This document shows, piece by piece, positions 30,721-43,550 of a stretch of 64,000 nucleotides of DNA. Source of the stretch: the human T2T-CHM13v2.0 reference genome, Homo sapiens. Made by a program: the position numbers and the translations under genes. Every line of letters starts with the position of its first letter. Position 1 is the first letter of the stretch. The notes under the pieces were generated by a model. The model worked only from the letters and a program-made list of their open reading frames with translations. It was not told the origin of the DNA and did no database searches. The stretch lies in the NCBI RefSeq assembly GCF_009914755.1, contig NC_060930.1; one strand, given 5' to 3'.

Positions 30721-32756
30721 GGACAACTGCTGAGCTGCTGCACGCACTGGATTGTTATGGCTCAGTTGCCATATTGTGCCTGAGGCGAGAATTTGTAGAA
30801 TGCTTATCCCATGAAGGGCTAAAACCCTAATTAAGTATAACAATAACTACAGCATTCTAAGTCCCAGAGGATTACTGTGGGGTTATGATGATGCCACACA
30901 GTTGCCTGGCAGAGAACAGCCGGTAGTAGACTGCATGCTAGGCCATTTGAATAACCTGTACATCTGGTTCCTAGAGATGAGAGAATTCTCTCTTGCAGGG
31001 TGACAGTGCAGGCTCTGCTGAGCGTGGTCCTCAGCTGTAACTGTGGGACTGTACCCTAAGAGAGATGCTCCGATCAATGACCACAGCAATTTTTTTTTTA
31101 CTTTCTGCAAAGCAAGACCTCCTTGTTGGTCTCTTGGGGATAATCCTTGGCATTCTTCCTAAAAATACTGTTACATAAATCTTCAAAAATCATATTCGTA
31201 GATGTCACCAAAAAAAAGGCAGGAAAATAATGAAGACTTCAGTGTTTCAGTGAAGAGTCTATATTTTTAATCAATTCAATGTGTGTTTTCAGTAACAGTC
31301 ACCTGATCAGCTTAATAGTCATCTAATCAAGACGCTGTGTTGATTTTCAAAGGGAAACAAAGTAGAAAAATAATAAAGTGAGCTTTTTGTAAGAGGACAC
31401 AAGAACAGATCTTTGCCTTGGAAAAGAAAATTTTGCCTGGTTAAAAAGTTCTTGATTAGAATCTTATTCTTAACTTTCATATAATTATGTCAAAAGAGAA
31501 AGTGAAAACATTACATTTTTTCTAATTTAACATGTAATATGCCGAGTTTATTTTAAAATAATTCTTGGGAATCTTTAAAATAATAGACATTAGCAAATAT
31601 CCATGTAGTTGAGAAGGACAAAAGGGAAATGTTACTTAGAATTTATTTTTGTCAACTTTAAGTGCTTTAAATGATACTAAGATTTAGAGAATATTACTCA
31701 CATTTTCCAATTTATTCATAAGGTAATGTCAAAATGGTTCATAGAGGCAATTTTTAAAAATATTTTTATAGGTATGATTTTTAAAATACTTTTATTATAA
31801 ACAAACTATGGTGGATTGAATGCTAATACTTTCATTTTGGATGTTTTTACTTTTTTAGTAATTGAATTTTTTTAATTTTTCATATTAAGTGTTTTTATGA
31901 TGGTTTATCCATTTCTTATGTATTTAGTTGACATAGAAAAGAGATATATCTTGAAAGTTGGAGAAAATAATTTGATATTAACTAAAACCAACCTTTTATA
32001 GTAATTAGCATCTGTTAGTTCCAGAAAAGGTAATAGATAAAATCAAATATAGTGAGGACCAATTGTAATGATATCTATGTCAACTTGAGCTATTCATTAA
32101 TCTGAATAAAGGTGCAGAAGTGAGCATATGCTTCCTGAACTAGATCATTGTAAATTTAAATTATGGAACAGATGTGTTGAAACTAAAAAGAGATTTGAAA
32201 CTTTTACAATTTAAAAAAAAAAAAGCTTGAGAAAAGTAGATATTTTTGGGCACCATCCCTTTGACAGATTTGTTTAAATAATTGAAGGCTTTGGGATGAC
32301 ATGGAAAACCTAGCCTGAGAATTAAAAGATGCAGGTTTATGATGTTATTGTTGCTCTTGTTTAATGTAATCTATCATTTAATCACACATGTGTCAAGCAC
32401 AGATAAACTCTTCCACTGTTGGGATTGTTGTAAAGAACTCTTGAACCCACCTGACCTCATCACCAAACTGCCCCGCCTGTTCTTTGCATGTGCCTTCAGC
32501 GAGTCATGCTGGACTTAGCTGTGTCTGCATTTCAGAGGGGAGCTGTCAGTTGCATGGTCAACTTGTTTATTGTTTCCAGAACTCCCTGACCACCAGTTCA
32601 TGATTTGATTTGTTTTCATGTAAACACACATAAAACGTGGTGCCCTTTTAGAATATCGTTTGTTAAGCAACTAGGCATGGAAAAATAAATGTTACTGTTT
32701 CTTGTTAGCTACAAAGCACATATCCACTAAACACATTTGCTGTTGGCATGCTGCAG

Positions 32757-32777
32757 TTGGGGACAGTGGACATTGCG
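32757..32777 (+). CDS. KCNQ5: Candidate additional in-frame 21-nt KCNQ5 microexon
   Basis: catgctgcag|TTGGGGACAGTGGACATTGCG|gtaagt; consensus donor, phase 2/2 like neighbouring cassettes, open frame (S/N)WGQWTLR; no transcript evidence available here. Confidence 0.5.
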
Positions 32778-33956
32778 GTAAGTGGACAAAACAAGGCCTC
32801 CACTTCGTCTCAAATAAGCCTTATCCATGAGAACGCTGCTTTCATACCCCACAAAGGCTGCGGCTTTACTCTCTCAGAGTAGCTGCTCTGAGAGACTTCC
32901 CTCAGACTCATTGCCCAGGATTTCTTCAGGCCCTGCAGAGTCCTGGGCCTCTCACATTGATGACAGTATCACCTTCTAATGAATGGCATAATTTCACTAT
33001 AAAGGAAACAAGAAAAAAAAACAGAATGGGTACACAAAGCTTCTTACAGTTCATTTGATTCCCACAAGAATCCCTTAGCTGTGTTGCTATGTTTATCTCC
33101 AAGTTAGAGATGAGAACCCTAGCCCCCGTGTGTCTAATCCCAACCTGCCCTTCCTAGCACATCATAGCATATCTCTTGATTAGGAAAGTGTGAAGATGCA
33201 CTTTGGATTTTATGATTGTTGTTAATGCTTCTTTTATCAGCCCACAACAATTTGATCTTAGCCGGCATCAGAGAACTGAATGCCTGAACAAATATAATTT
33301 ACCAGTAGCTGCCACAGCAAATCAATAACCTGTTTACTAGCAGGAAATTGTGTTAGTGAACATAACATCTCATTCTCTTCATCAGTCATCACATTCATTA
33401 TCTGTTGGGGCTGTTCTATCTTGTGTGGTTTTCATCTCACAAGAATGAATGTAAGCATAAAAGAAATCTAATGTTAAGTGTTGTGTGTTTAATATTATGT
33501 ATGTGGTGCTACCAACTGCTATGAGATTGCATGAATTTATGGATAACATAATCTTGCCTGGAATATAAAATGCATGCCAAATGTAGGTATATATGTAACT
33601 GTCATCCCTGTTTACCTGTAGAAATGTCTAGAAATTACAAAGAGATATGCTCCCAAACAAAAAATAATTTTTTAAATCTCAAAAGTTGAGGTTAAAGCTA
33701 AAATTACCCAACTGTTTTTCAAGTGAATTCCAAAACAGTTCTTAGTTATCTACAGTGTAATTGTGTACAAAATGCTGTATGACCTCAGTCTTTTCTACAA
33801 TGAATCCAAGAAGGATGTATGTACCTGTAGAATGAGATTGATCTCGAATGCAAATATAGAGATTAGATAAAGCTCAAATTTTAAATAAGGGAAAAATAAT
33901 TGCTATGCTCCTACGTGCTGAAAACATCTTGTCTATTGAAATATATGACCACATGA

Positions 33957-34304
<348 letters not shown>

Positions 34305-35304
34305 TGAGATTATGAAGTAATTAATTCTCCATAGTGCCACTTGAAGAAAGAAGAAAACAACCCCAGAGAAAGAATTGTTTGTTTGTTTTATTGGAAGTTT
34401 ATTCATTGCCTTGGGCAAATGTACAGAACATAAGTTTACTTTTGGAAACCACTTTGGCAGCTAAATTTACATTCCAAAGAAGCTGACAAAATGTTGTTAA
34501 TTCTTCACTTGTATCTACAAATTTATTTCTCAGACAAGGGCCACATTAAGATCAATGGGACTGTCATTCTGATGTATTTGTGACGTCTGACCAGCAAAGG
34601 TCCAAGACCCAGGGACAACCAGGTGCTTGCTCTGTGAATATCTTGAAACACAGTAAGGAGGATGATCATTTCTGGTCAACAATGAAGGTGCTCTTTCCCT
34701 CTCTCACACACTCCATCTACCAGCAAATCAGAGACCACTGCTTATCTTCCTTAGAGAGGTTCCTGTTGAAAGTTATTTCGAAGTCTTCCAATGATAAGTA
34801 AAATTCAAGTTCTTCTCCCAAGAGGAATTAACCTATTTTATTTATCATATTATGTAGCAGACATTCACTTGCCAACACATTTTATTGAGTGCCACATAAT
34901 TTTCATGTTTATAAAATAAAATATTTTATTTTTCATTTAAGATAAGCTTGGCTTTCCTTTTAACTAGGCCCCCTGGGATCTCTTATACTGGGCAAGGAAC
35001 CAAAATCAAATAGCATTTCCCATTAATGCATAAAAACTACAAAGGCTATCAGTCCTTCTGTTCCCTTTTCCTAAATAACGTGTATTTTCCCAGGCCCTCA
35101 AAGCTCGAGGAATAAAATTAACAACCAGGGGTCATAATCACAATGATCTGAGGATCCCTGCAGTGAAGTCCCTGGAACCGCAGTCCACGGGTCCCTCTCA
35201 GCTTACTCAAAGGTCCTCAGGGATATCTCTTCCACGCTCAAGTGAGCAACACAAGTCACCTCTTCACGCCTCACTCCACACCCCTGTGGGTGCCATGCTC
35301 TTCA

Positions 35305-35350
35305 GGGCGACCCCTAGTGGCTGCACTGACGTGGCTCCTCCTGGCGGAGC
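35305..35350 (-). promoter_or_regulatory. Tandem CTCF-like motifs
   Basis: Minus strand CAGCCACTAGGGGTCGCCC (35305-35323) and CCGCCAGGAGGAGCCAC (35331-35347). Confidence 0.6.
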
Positions 35351-36315
35351 TTGCAGGTCCCATATGGGCGCAAGACGGCTGATCCTGCCATGCTTCCCCG
35401 CAGCCTGTCCTGTGCTAAGGAAGGAAAAACCTCCGCCACCAACACGGGACACTCCTCCATCGAGCCACTTGCAGGATCTGAGTCACTTGTGGCACAGCTT
35501 TTCAGTGTCCTCTAGTTTCCTCACTCTCCTCCTAGGATTTTGGCTGAAAGCCCTTGAGCAGCTGAGTCAAGAGTTACCAGTGACAGGGCTTTATGTTGCA
35601 CTCAAAATAGGCTTGCTGAATATAAATGGGTACATCCTTTCTGGAGGGCAATTTGGCAAAATATATTAAAAGTCTTTACATATGTCTAAGCCTAGACACA
35701 TCCCACCTACCAATTCTATTTCTAGGATATAATAGATACAATGAAACAATGTCAGGCATTAGAAATGATGCTCTAAATTAAAAATTATTGACACAGAAAG
35801 ATGATAACAAAAAAATCATTCCATTTATATATATTATATAAATTCATGTATCTATAGGAACAAGTCTGGAAAGATTTACAAGAATGTGTGAACAGTTACC
35901 TTTGAGTGGTGAGATCACAGTTATATTTTGTTTCTTCATTTTTTAATCTGTATTTCCTAATATTTCTACAATGAACAGGTAAAGCTCTTGTAATAAGAAG
36001 GCAATAAAGGATTTTCTTTTTTAAAAAAAAAAAAGCCCTCAGTTTAGAAAAACAAAATGTTAGGGGGAAAAAAAGAAAAAAAAAACTAGCCCTTCAAGAA
36101 AAAAAATTAGCCCTTCCTTTCACACACTGCCCTCTCCCCTGCCCCTACTCTAGGGGCCCTTGCCCTGACTGTTACTCACCTAACACCTTTCCTTAAGCTG
36201 ATTTCCTCCCAAGTGGTAGAAGGAGCAGCTTGTCTTAATGGTGGGAACCAGTCTTTGTTGAGTGCAGACATAGACTATGTAATGATGTTTAATAGCTTCT
36301 ACTACAAATGGAACT

Positions 36316-36690
36316 TGTATTAGTTTGCTCAAGCTGCTATAACAAAGTACTAGATGCCTTAAACAACAAAAATTTATTTTCTCACAGTCTAGAGGCTAGA
36401 AGGCCAAGTTTAAGGTGTCAGCAGGGTTGGTTCCTTCTGAAGGCTTTCTTCTTGGCTTTAGATGGTCTTCTCCCTGAGTCTTTACATAGACTTTTCTCTG
36501 TACCCAGCCATGTGCAAATTTCCTCTACTTATAAGGATACCAATCATATTGGATTAGGAGCCACTCTAATAACCTCATTTTAATTTAATAACATCTCTAA
36601 AGACCCTATCTCCAAACAGTCGCATTCGGAGGTACTAGGGGTTAGGACCATAACATATGAATTTTGGAGGGATGCAATTCAGCCCATAGA
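36316..36690 (-). mobile_element. MaLR solo LTR (MLT1B-like)
   Basis: tgtattagtttgctcaagctgctataacaaa...ttagga..aacatatgaattttgg. Confidence 0.85.
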
Positions 36691-38184
36691 CAAAGCTCAT
36701 GCTCACCCACATCACAGCATCCCTGGAAAGCTGAGATGTGTCCATATCTTCATCCCCGGCCCTGGTTTCACACTGCATTAGAAATCATACATTACATATT
36801 GCAATGGATCCATATTCTTCTAACATGTGCTTCAAAAAGCATTCAACTTTGTAGTGTAAGGTCCTTACTGTTGGCTGAGCATATTTAAATAAAAAATTCA
36901 TAGAATCTGGATTTTTAATTTGGAAAACAAATTCTACTTGTACTGTTTGGCCAGAGGAAAAGAATTTTTCACAGTATCTAGAGTCACCACTATCTATCAC
37001 AATATTTTCAGTATCTGCAAAGATGTCTCAGAGGTACAGAAACAGAAGTCCTATTCTCTACCAAATCACAAATTGGAGAGGTCTCCTGTCATCTATTTTC
37101 TAGGTCATTTCATACGAGTACAGTTTTGTTTGTTTACAAAAGAATTGCTTCTCCCTTGTTGATGCCCATTCAATTAATTCTGAGTTTCCCAAGTGACCAG
37201 AGGACCAATTGCTGTTCTGTTGAAATTACTTTGTTGGCTACCCACCTGCAAGAGATAGTAGCTCCTGCCTCCTCATTTAATCCAATAGTCCAGAATCTTT
37301 ACCTCTGATTGAATTCAATGTTGCGTCTTGGGAAACTGGAAGTTCTTTTTTTACAAGAAAAAAAATTAAGTAGCTGTCAAATAAATGTAGACTTCAGTTA
37401 TACATCTTTACTTATAGTACCTCTTTAGGTTTTAAGTATTTCTAAAATCATCTACTTACTACCATAGAAAATAATATATAACACTTATAGCCAGTTTTCA
37501 ATTATTCCAGGTCTATTTGCCCATTCACTTCTGGGGCTGTTTTCTTCTCCTCTGCTCTCCTCACATATTTTCAGCATTCCATTGCCCATTAACATGCTCA
37601 GGAGAATAGACAAATAAAAGAAAGAATAATGGAAACTCAGATCAACCTTTAAGTTAATAACAAAAAGTTATATTTGGAAAATAATAGACTTGCAATTGAA
37701 AGATAGTATAATAGAGAAAAAAAAAATATTCAGGGTTAATCTGTAAATTTTAATAATTCCTGACAAATCTGATACTCTTTACTACAGACAGTAGTGTTTT
37801 CATAATTTAATGACTCTTTAAGAAGGTTATTAAATATCCATGGCATTTTTCTCTTGCTATAATTTTTAATAAGATTAATATGTTACACTTAAAAAGGACG
37901 CAGTTGTCTCTCAATATTCCATACTTGTGTGTACCAGAAAAGTAGAAAGTAGCAGGCAGATGCTGAAGCCACAAATGACAAACGAAAGAAAGTAAACTCT
38001 AAAGGACTGATGTGGTGTTATCATACCAAATTTATTTTGACTGCTATGATATGAATCATATTTTTAACTGATAAATTCTATAATAAAAGATAGAAATACT
38101 CTATTCATTGACAGTATGTAACCCTCTTCACATAATTTTAGAAATTAGGTAATATAGAAATATTTTTGTCAAGTATATGAGTAA

Positions 38185-38410
38185 TAATAATGATAAAACG
38201 AACATGTATTGAATTCTTCCCATTGGCATGTGTTGTTCTAAATTCTTTACCTCTATTATTTTATTTAATTCTGTCAATACCCCTATGGAGTAGCTGAGGT
38301 ATTATCCCCATTTTATGGATGAGGAAACTAAGAGTTGAATCTAAGTAACTTGCCCAAGGTCTAGCAGGTATAAGTAAAGGAGCCACCATGCACATGCAGG
38401 CAATTGAATT
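38185..38410 (-). mobile_element. MIR
   Basis: attatccccattttatggatgaggaaact...aagtaacttgcccaaggtc core. Confidence 0.85.
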
Positions 38411-39511
38411 TCACGGTCCTCCTACAAACGTATTCTAAGATGTTCTCCTAGATATTATATCAATTTCCCTTTAAGAATCTTTCATTTCTTCCCCTCCCCC
38501 AACCCCCACCACCCTCTTCTTGCCGCTGCTCTTCCAACTTCAATCGGTCAGATTCCCCTTCCCATATAAGCCACTTGACCATGACCATGCCACTATCCCA
38601 TCTTTCTCCCAGCCTCAGCTGCCAAACCTCTCAACTACATCATCTCAAGGCAGCCAGAGCTAGAAGATTAGGCAAATTGGGGAAATGGCCTTTCAATGAC
38701 CGTTCTCTGTTTTGATCAAGTATCTGGGAAGAGACTCAGGATAACAGCCATACTGGTCTGTGTCTATTTTCCCTGGAGGGAGGCCAATGGTAGGGTCATC
38801 TGAGGCCTGTTTCAAGATGCAAAAGATAGTGTCAGAAGATGCACAGGTGTTGCCAACAGACAAGCAAGTGGAAGGTGGCAGATTGCAAGCGAGAAATGGA
38901 GCAAGCAGCCAAAATCCACAAGAATGATACTAAGGTAGAGCTAGGAGAAAATCTTCGGATTTCTGGTGACTAGTTTGCTACGAAGGAGTCCTACACTTAC
39001 TGAACCCCACTGCATTTGGGAGTGCCTTACAGAATTGCAATCAAAGAGTACAATAACCTGGACAGTGAAGGAGAAGGACGTAGCTTTAGGGAGCTCCACC
39101 TTACAGTGCTTGATATTAGCTAAACCCAACGTTCTGTAGTAATTAGCATGTTCGTTCCAGAAGTGGCAATAGATCTGAAAATCTGTCTCACATACATGTA
39201 TAACCATGCATGTTTTAACAAGTCTAACATTGTTTCTGCTTAAGGAGAAATTACCATTCCTGCTGAGCAATCCTCAGTGCTCATGTTAGCTGCCATGGAA
39301 GGTACATCCTCATCAGGTGTTTATGGGAAAAACTGGCACAGCCTGGGTTCAGGAGATGTTTAGGGTTCACCAGGGTGGGATCTGGGTGAGATGAAGATGC
39401 AGAATATCTTCCGATTGTGGGGGTCCCTCAAGGCTAGTGCCTTTGTTCCAGGCACTGATGGTAATTCCTCTCTCTTCACTACCCTTCATGTTCCTTTCTC
39501 CTCTCAGCCAG

Positions 39512-39960
39512 TGTACCAATTAGGATGCATTTAGCAGCAGGTCACAAAAGAAGCAGATTCAACTACCTTAAACTATAATGCAATTTATAATACCACATAG
39601 AAAGAGGCTCAGAGATAAGACAGCTCTCCACAGAGCCTCAGGGCTCTGGCTTCATTTCTCTGATTCTCTGAGTCTTCTTTTGACTTTTTCCATCTGTCTG
39701 CCTGCCTCCTCCTCAGGCTGGAAGCAAAATGGCTACAGCAGTTGCAATATCTTCTATAGATGCAACACTTTCAGAGGCAGAAAGAGGCCATCTTATGTTT
39801 GTATCTCTTCTTAAAAGTGAGGAGAACTGTCCATTCACATCTTATTTTGCAGAATCCTCATGCCTAAAACAATCACCAGCATGGAGGATGGGACCGCCAT
39901 CATTGGCTGTCACCAGTCAGGACCCAGCAGCTGGATCTCGGCCAGACTCCCCTAAAGCAC
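39512..39960 (-). mobile_element. Old MaLR LTR (MLT1J/K-like)
   Basis: Degenerate MLT pattern (aaaatggctacagcagttgca...). Confidence 0.45.
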
Positions 39961-41653
39961 ATGATCAAGTGTGGGGGGAAGTAGCTGGATAAATTTAAGG
40001 ATTTAGGTTTGGGGATTGCATTTGGGGAAAGCAACTTTCCATAGTATAATATTTGATATAGCCAAGAAACCTCTTCCACTTTGGGGTGAGGGTAAGGAGT
40101 CAGCATGTCCTTAAACATGGTGCTTTCTCTCAAATATTCTGTCTATATGTCATTTCTGTTCCTCTAAATGTCCGGGCTTTTAAAAACATAAAAGCCAGAT
40201 TTATAATTTTTTTCACTTTTCTCTCATCACATCATTTCCATGAAACAACAAGCATAGACTAGACTGTCTCCTTGAATTTCAAATGAAAGGCAAAGTGGGT
40301 AAAGGAACAACTAGCAAAAATAAATAAATTAGTATTTCAATCATATAATCCTTCCTCACATACAGTCAGCCCATAAATGTTCTATCACCACCACCACTAA
40401 GGGAAAACTGGTACAGTTCCCTTCCTCTCCACCTCCTCAGCAGCTTCCTGACACCTCGCTCCTCAAGCTGTTTCTCTTGGTGACTCCTTCTTCCTTCTGA
40501 AGTTAATAACTAACCCAGTCTCACCTAAAAATAGCAAAAAAGTAGAAATACACCATGTGGGGTGCCAGAACCCTCAAGTCTTCTTAAAGATAGTTCATCC
40601 CCTTCCTCTCTTCTCTTAACTTCTACCTAGGTTCTAGGCCCACCAGTCTACCACAACCCTTGTTTGAAAATATCAAGATCACTGAAAACAGTGACAAAAA
40701 GGCAGCATTTTAATGCAATGGTTTTGACAACTATCCTGAACTAACAGTCTCTTGTATCCATAATGGCCTATTTTCTTCCAAGCAGTATAAATCACAGACT
40801 ATCAGTATTTTCTATTTGACTAATTTATGCACACGAGCTTTCATCTTACACTAATCCTCTTTTATGCTTATTTTCCAATGGCATCTTCCTCCCTCATGTT
40901 TTTCTCAGTCTCCCCAGTTGACATTTTTGGTGTTTCCACAAAATGCCAAGCACCACGCTGCACATAGCATTTTTCCTGACTTTCCATAATGATGGCCCAA
41001 CTTCAGCCAGGCCTTGATTATAATTTTCCACATGATGCTTCCTGGCACTTTCTGAAATTGCCTGATAATGACTCTGCATTGTGTTGACAGAAATAATTCT
41101 TGTTAAAGCAGTATCCTATTAGGGCTTCCACTTAACCTGTTTGTGCAGATTTCTGGCCTGGGATTCTGACTGAGTAGGGCACCCATTCCTGTCATCCTCT
41201 ATTTGTAACAAAATCTGAGGGTTTTCTTTAATGTTAAGAACAAAAGGATTTATTGAGAATGACTGGATCTAAACTCTAGAAATTTATTCTTCATATTTAA
41301 CTCTATATTCAGCGTAATTGTTGGAGTAATTCTATGCAAAACCCTACAAAGGGTATTCAGTAGGATTCTAAAACGCACTTTCAGTACTTCCTTAACTTAT
41401 TGGTAAAAACCATTACCTGAAGAAATTGTCTCAATTCTGATCCATAGGTGTCTTTTTTCTTTAGTTGTCCAGGTTCTTTATTCAGTCCCTCAGGCATCTT
41501 CATTCAAAGACATATCCTACTCCTCTGCTGTGTTTCATATGTACTCTTGTCCCCCTAAGATCTGCTTCTCCTATTGGGTGGAGAGTGACCTCTCAATCTC
41601 TGGTTTCAGACCCCAAGTGACTACGTTATTTCTTGGATTTCTGAGAAGAGTTG

Positions 41654-41982
41654 TGTCTTAGTTTGTTTGGACTGCTATAAAAAACATACCATAAACTAGG
41701 CAGCCTATAAACAACAAATATTTACTTCTCACAGTTCTGGAAGCTGGAAGTCCAAGATCATGGTGCTGGAAGATTCTGTGTCTGGAGAGGGCCCACTTCC
41801 ACGTGATGGAAAGGGCGAGGTTCCTCTTGGGTCTCTTTATGAGGGCACTAATCCCATTTATTAGGGCTCTGCCCTCATAGCCTAACCATCTCCCAGAGCC
41901 CCCACCTCTTAATACTATCACTTTGAGGGTTAGGGATTTAACATATAAATTCTGGGGGGACACAAACATTCAGACCATAACA
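41654..41982 (-). mobile_element. MaLR solo LTR (MLT1A/MSTD-like)
   Basis: TG...CA ends, flanks agttg/ggttg (4 of 5 TSD match). Confidence 0.9.
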
Positions 41983-42436
41983 GGTTGCTTCTTCCATTAC
42001 TTTTTGTGAAATGCTTGTTCTTAGTTTTTAGTGACGGGGAAATGCTTTTCTATTTTGATAAGACTGAAGTTCCACCTGGCTTTCTACTCTAATCCAAGTG
42101 CTCTTTGTATTATAGAACAGGATTTCTGTCAGATTTCTCTAGGTTCTGTCCCATGGTTTGTTGTTACTCTACAGTGATAAGGAAAATTATATTCTGTTTC
42201 TGTTGGTGGATAAAATAGCTTCCTGCTTGAGCTCTGAATGGATTTCATCTCCTCCCTTCCAGCAGAAACTGAGCTGCCAAATGACCTTCGAGTGCTGCCT
42301 TAACCATACCTTTTGGCTTCTGTAGATCCAGGTTTCATTGAGAAACCCAGGGTTATAAACTGGAGCCCTATATTTTGTTTCATCAGCAAAGTGTGTGTGC
42401 ATGTCCACATTGATACTTTAAAATGAATCTGAATGC

Positions 42437-42924
42437 TGTATTAGTTATCTATTGTTACATAGCAAATTACCCTCAATTTAGTGGTTTGAAATAACACATA
42501 CTTATAATCTCACAGTTTCTATGGTCAGGTATCCAGAAGCAGTTTAGCTGAATGGTTATGGCTCAAAATCTCATATGAGGTTGCAGTCAAGCTCTTGGCT
42601 GGAGATGCTGGGAGAGGACCCATTACCAAGCTCAACTGAGCATTTGCTAGCAGGCCTTTTATTTCCTTGCCACATTATTCACACCCTAGGTTGCCTGAAT
42701 GTCCATATGACATGCAGCTGGCTTCCCCCAGAGAGAGCTGAGAGAGTACGCAGAGAGAAGCTGCAGTCTTTTATGACATAAGCTCAGAAGTGTTATGCCA
42801 TCGCTTCTTTCATGTGTAAGTGGTCACAAAGACCAACCCTGTACAGTGTAGGCAGGGACTATACAGGGGGGTAATACCAGGAGATGAGGGCCACTGGGGA
42901 CCATGTTAGAGTCAGGCTACCACA
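42437..42924 (-). mobile_element. MaLR solo LTR (MLT1F-like)
   Basis: TG...CA ends with perfect 5-bp TSD aatgc. Confidence 0.85.
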
Positions 42925-43246
42925 AATGCCTTCAGATAGATTATGTCTTTTAAATTGCAGATTTCAACCAGTCCCTATTGTCTTTCCAGGAACCCAAACC
43001 ACCAATTCCCCATTCCTTTCGACCTCTCCGTTACCTACCTGCCTTTAACGACATGGGTTTATAACTTCTGGTCTAACCATTTTATGTCCAGTATCCTTTG
43101 TATTATATCTCAAAAAAAAAAAAAAATCCTGGCCTCAACCTATAGCTACGCAATTATATTCCACTCTTAGTGCAGACTCTCAAAAGGAATATTAACAAAA
43201 TATTGAGTATGTGATTACTGCAGCAACAAGTTAAATAAAATGAGGA

Positions 43247-43550
43247 GGCCAGGTGCGATGGTTCATGCCTGTAATCCCAGCACTTTGGGAGGCTGAGGGG
43301 GATGGATCACCTGAGGTCAGGAGTTCGAGACCAGCCTGGTCAACATGGTGAAACCCTGTCTCTACTAAAAATACAAAAATTAGCCAGGCGTGGTGGCGGG
43401 CACCTGTAATCCCAGCTACTCAGGAGGCTGAGGCAGGAGAATCACTTGAATCCAGGAAGAGGAGGTTGCAGTGAGCTGAGATTGCACCCTTGCACTCCAG
43501 CCTGGGCGACAAGAGCAAGACTCCATCTCGAAAATAAATAAATAAATAAA
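43247..43550 (+). mobile_element. AluSq/Sp-like
   Basis: Full dimer, (AAAT)n tail. Confidence 0.95.

Noticed and set aside
31012-31035. Second RE1-like sequence (also partial matches near 24528 and 61288)
   Set aside because: One half-site is badly mismatched or mis-spaced
35163-35669. 168-aa ORF on + strand
   Set aside because: Starts at GTG, no recognisable domain or KCNQ similarity; explained by local GC richness
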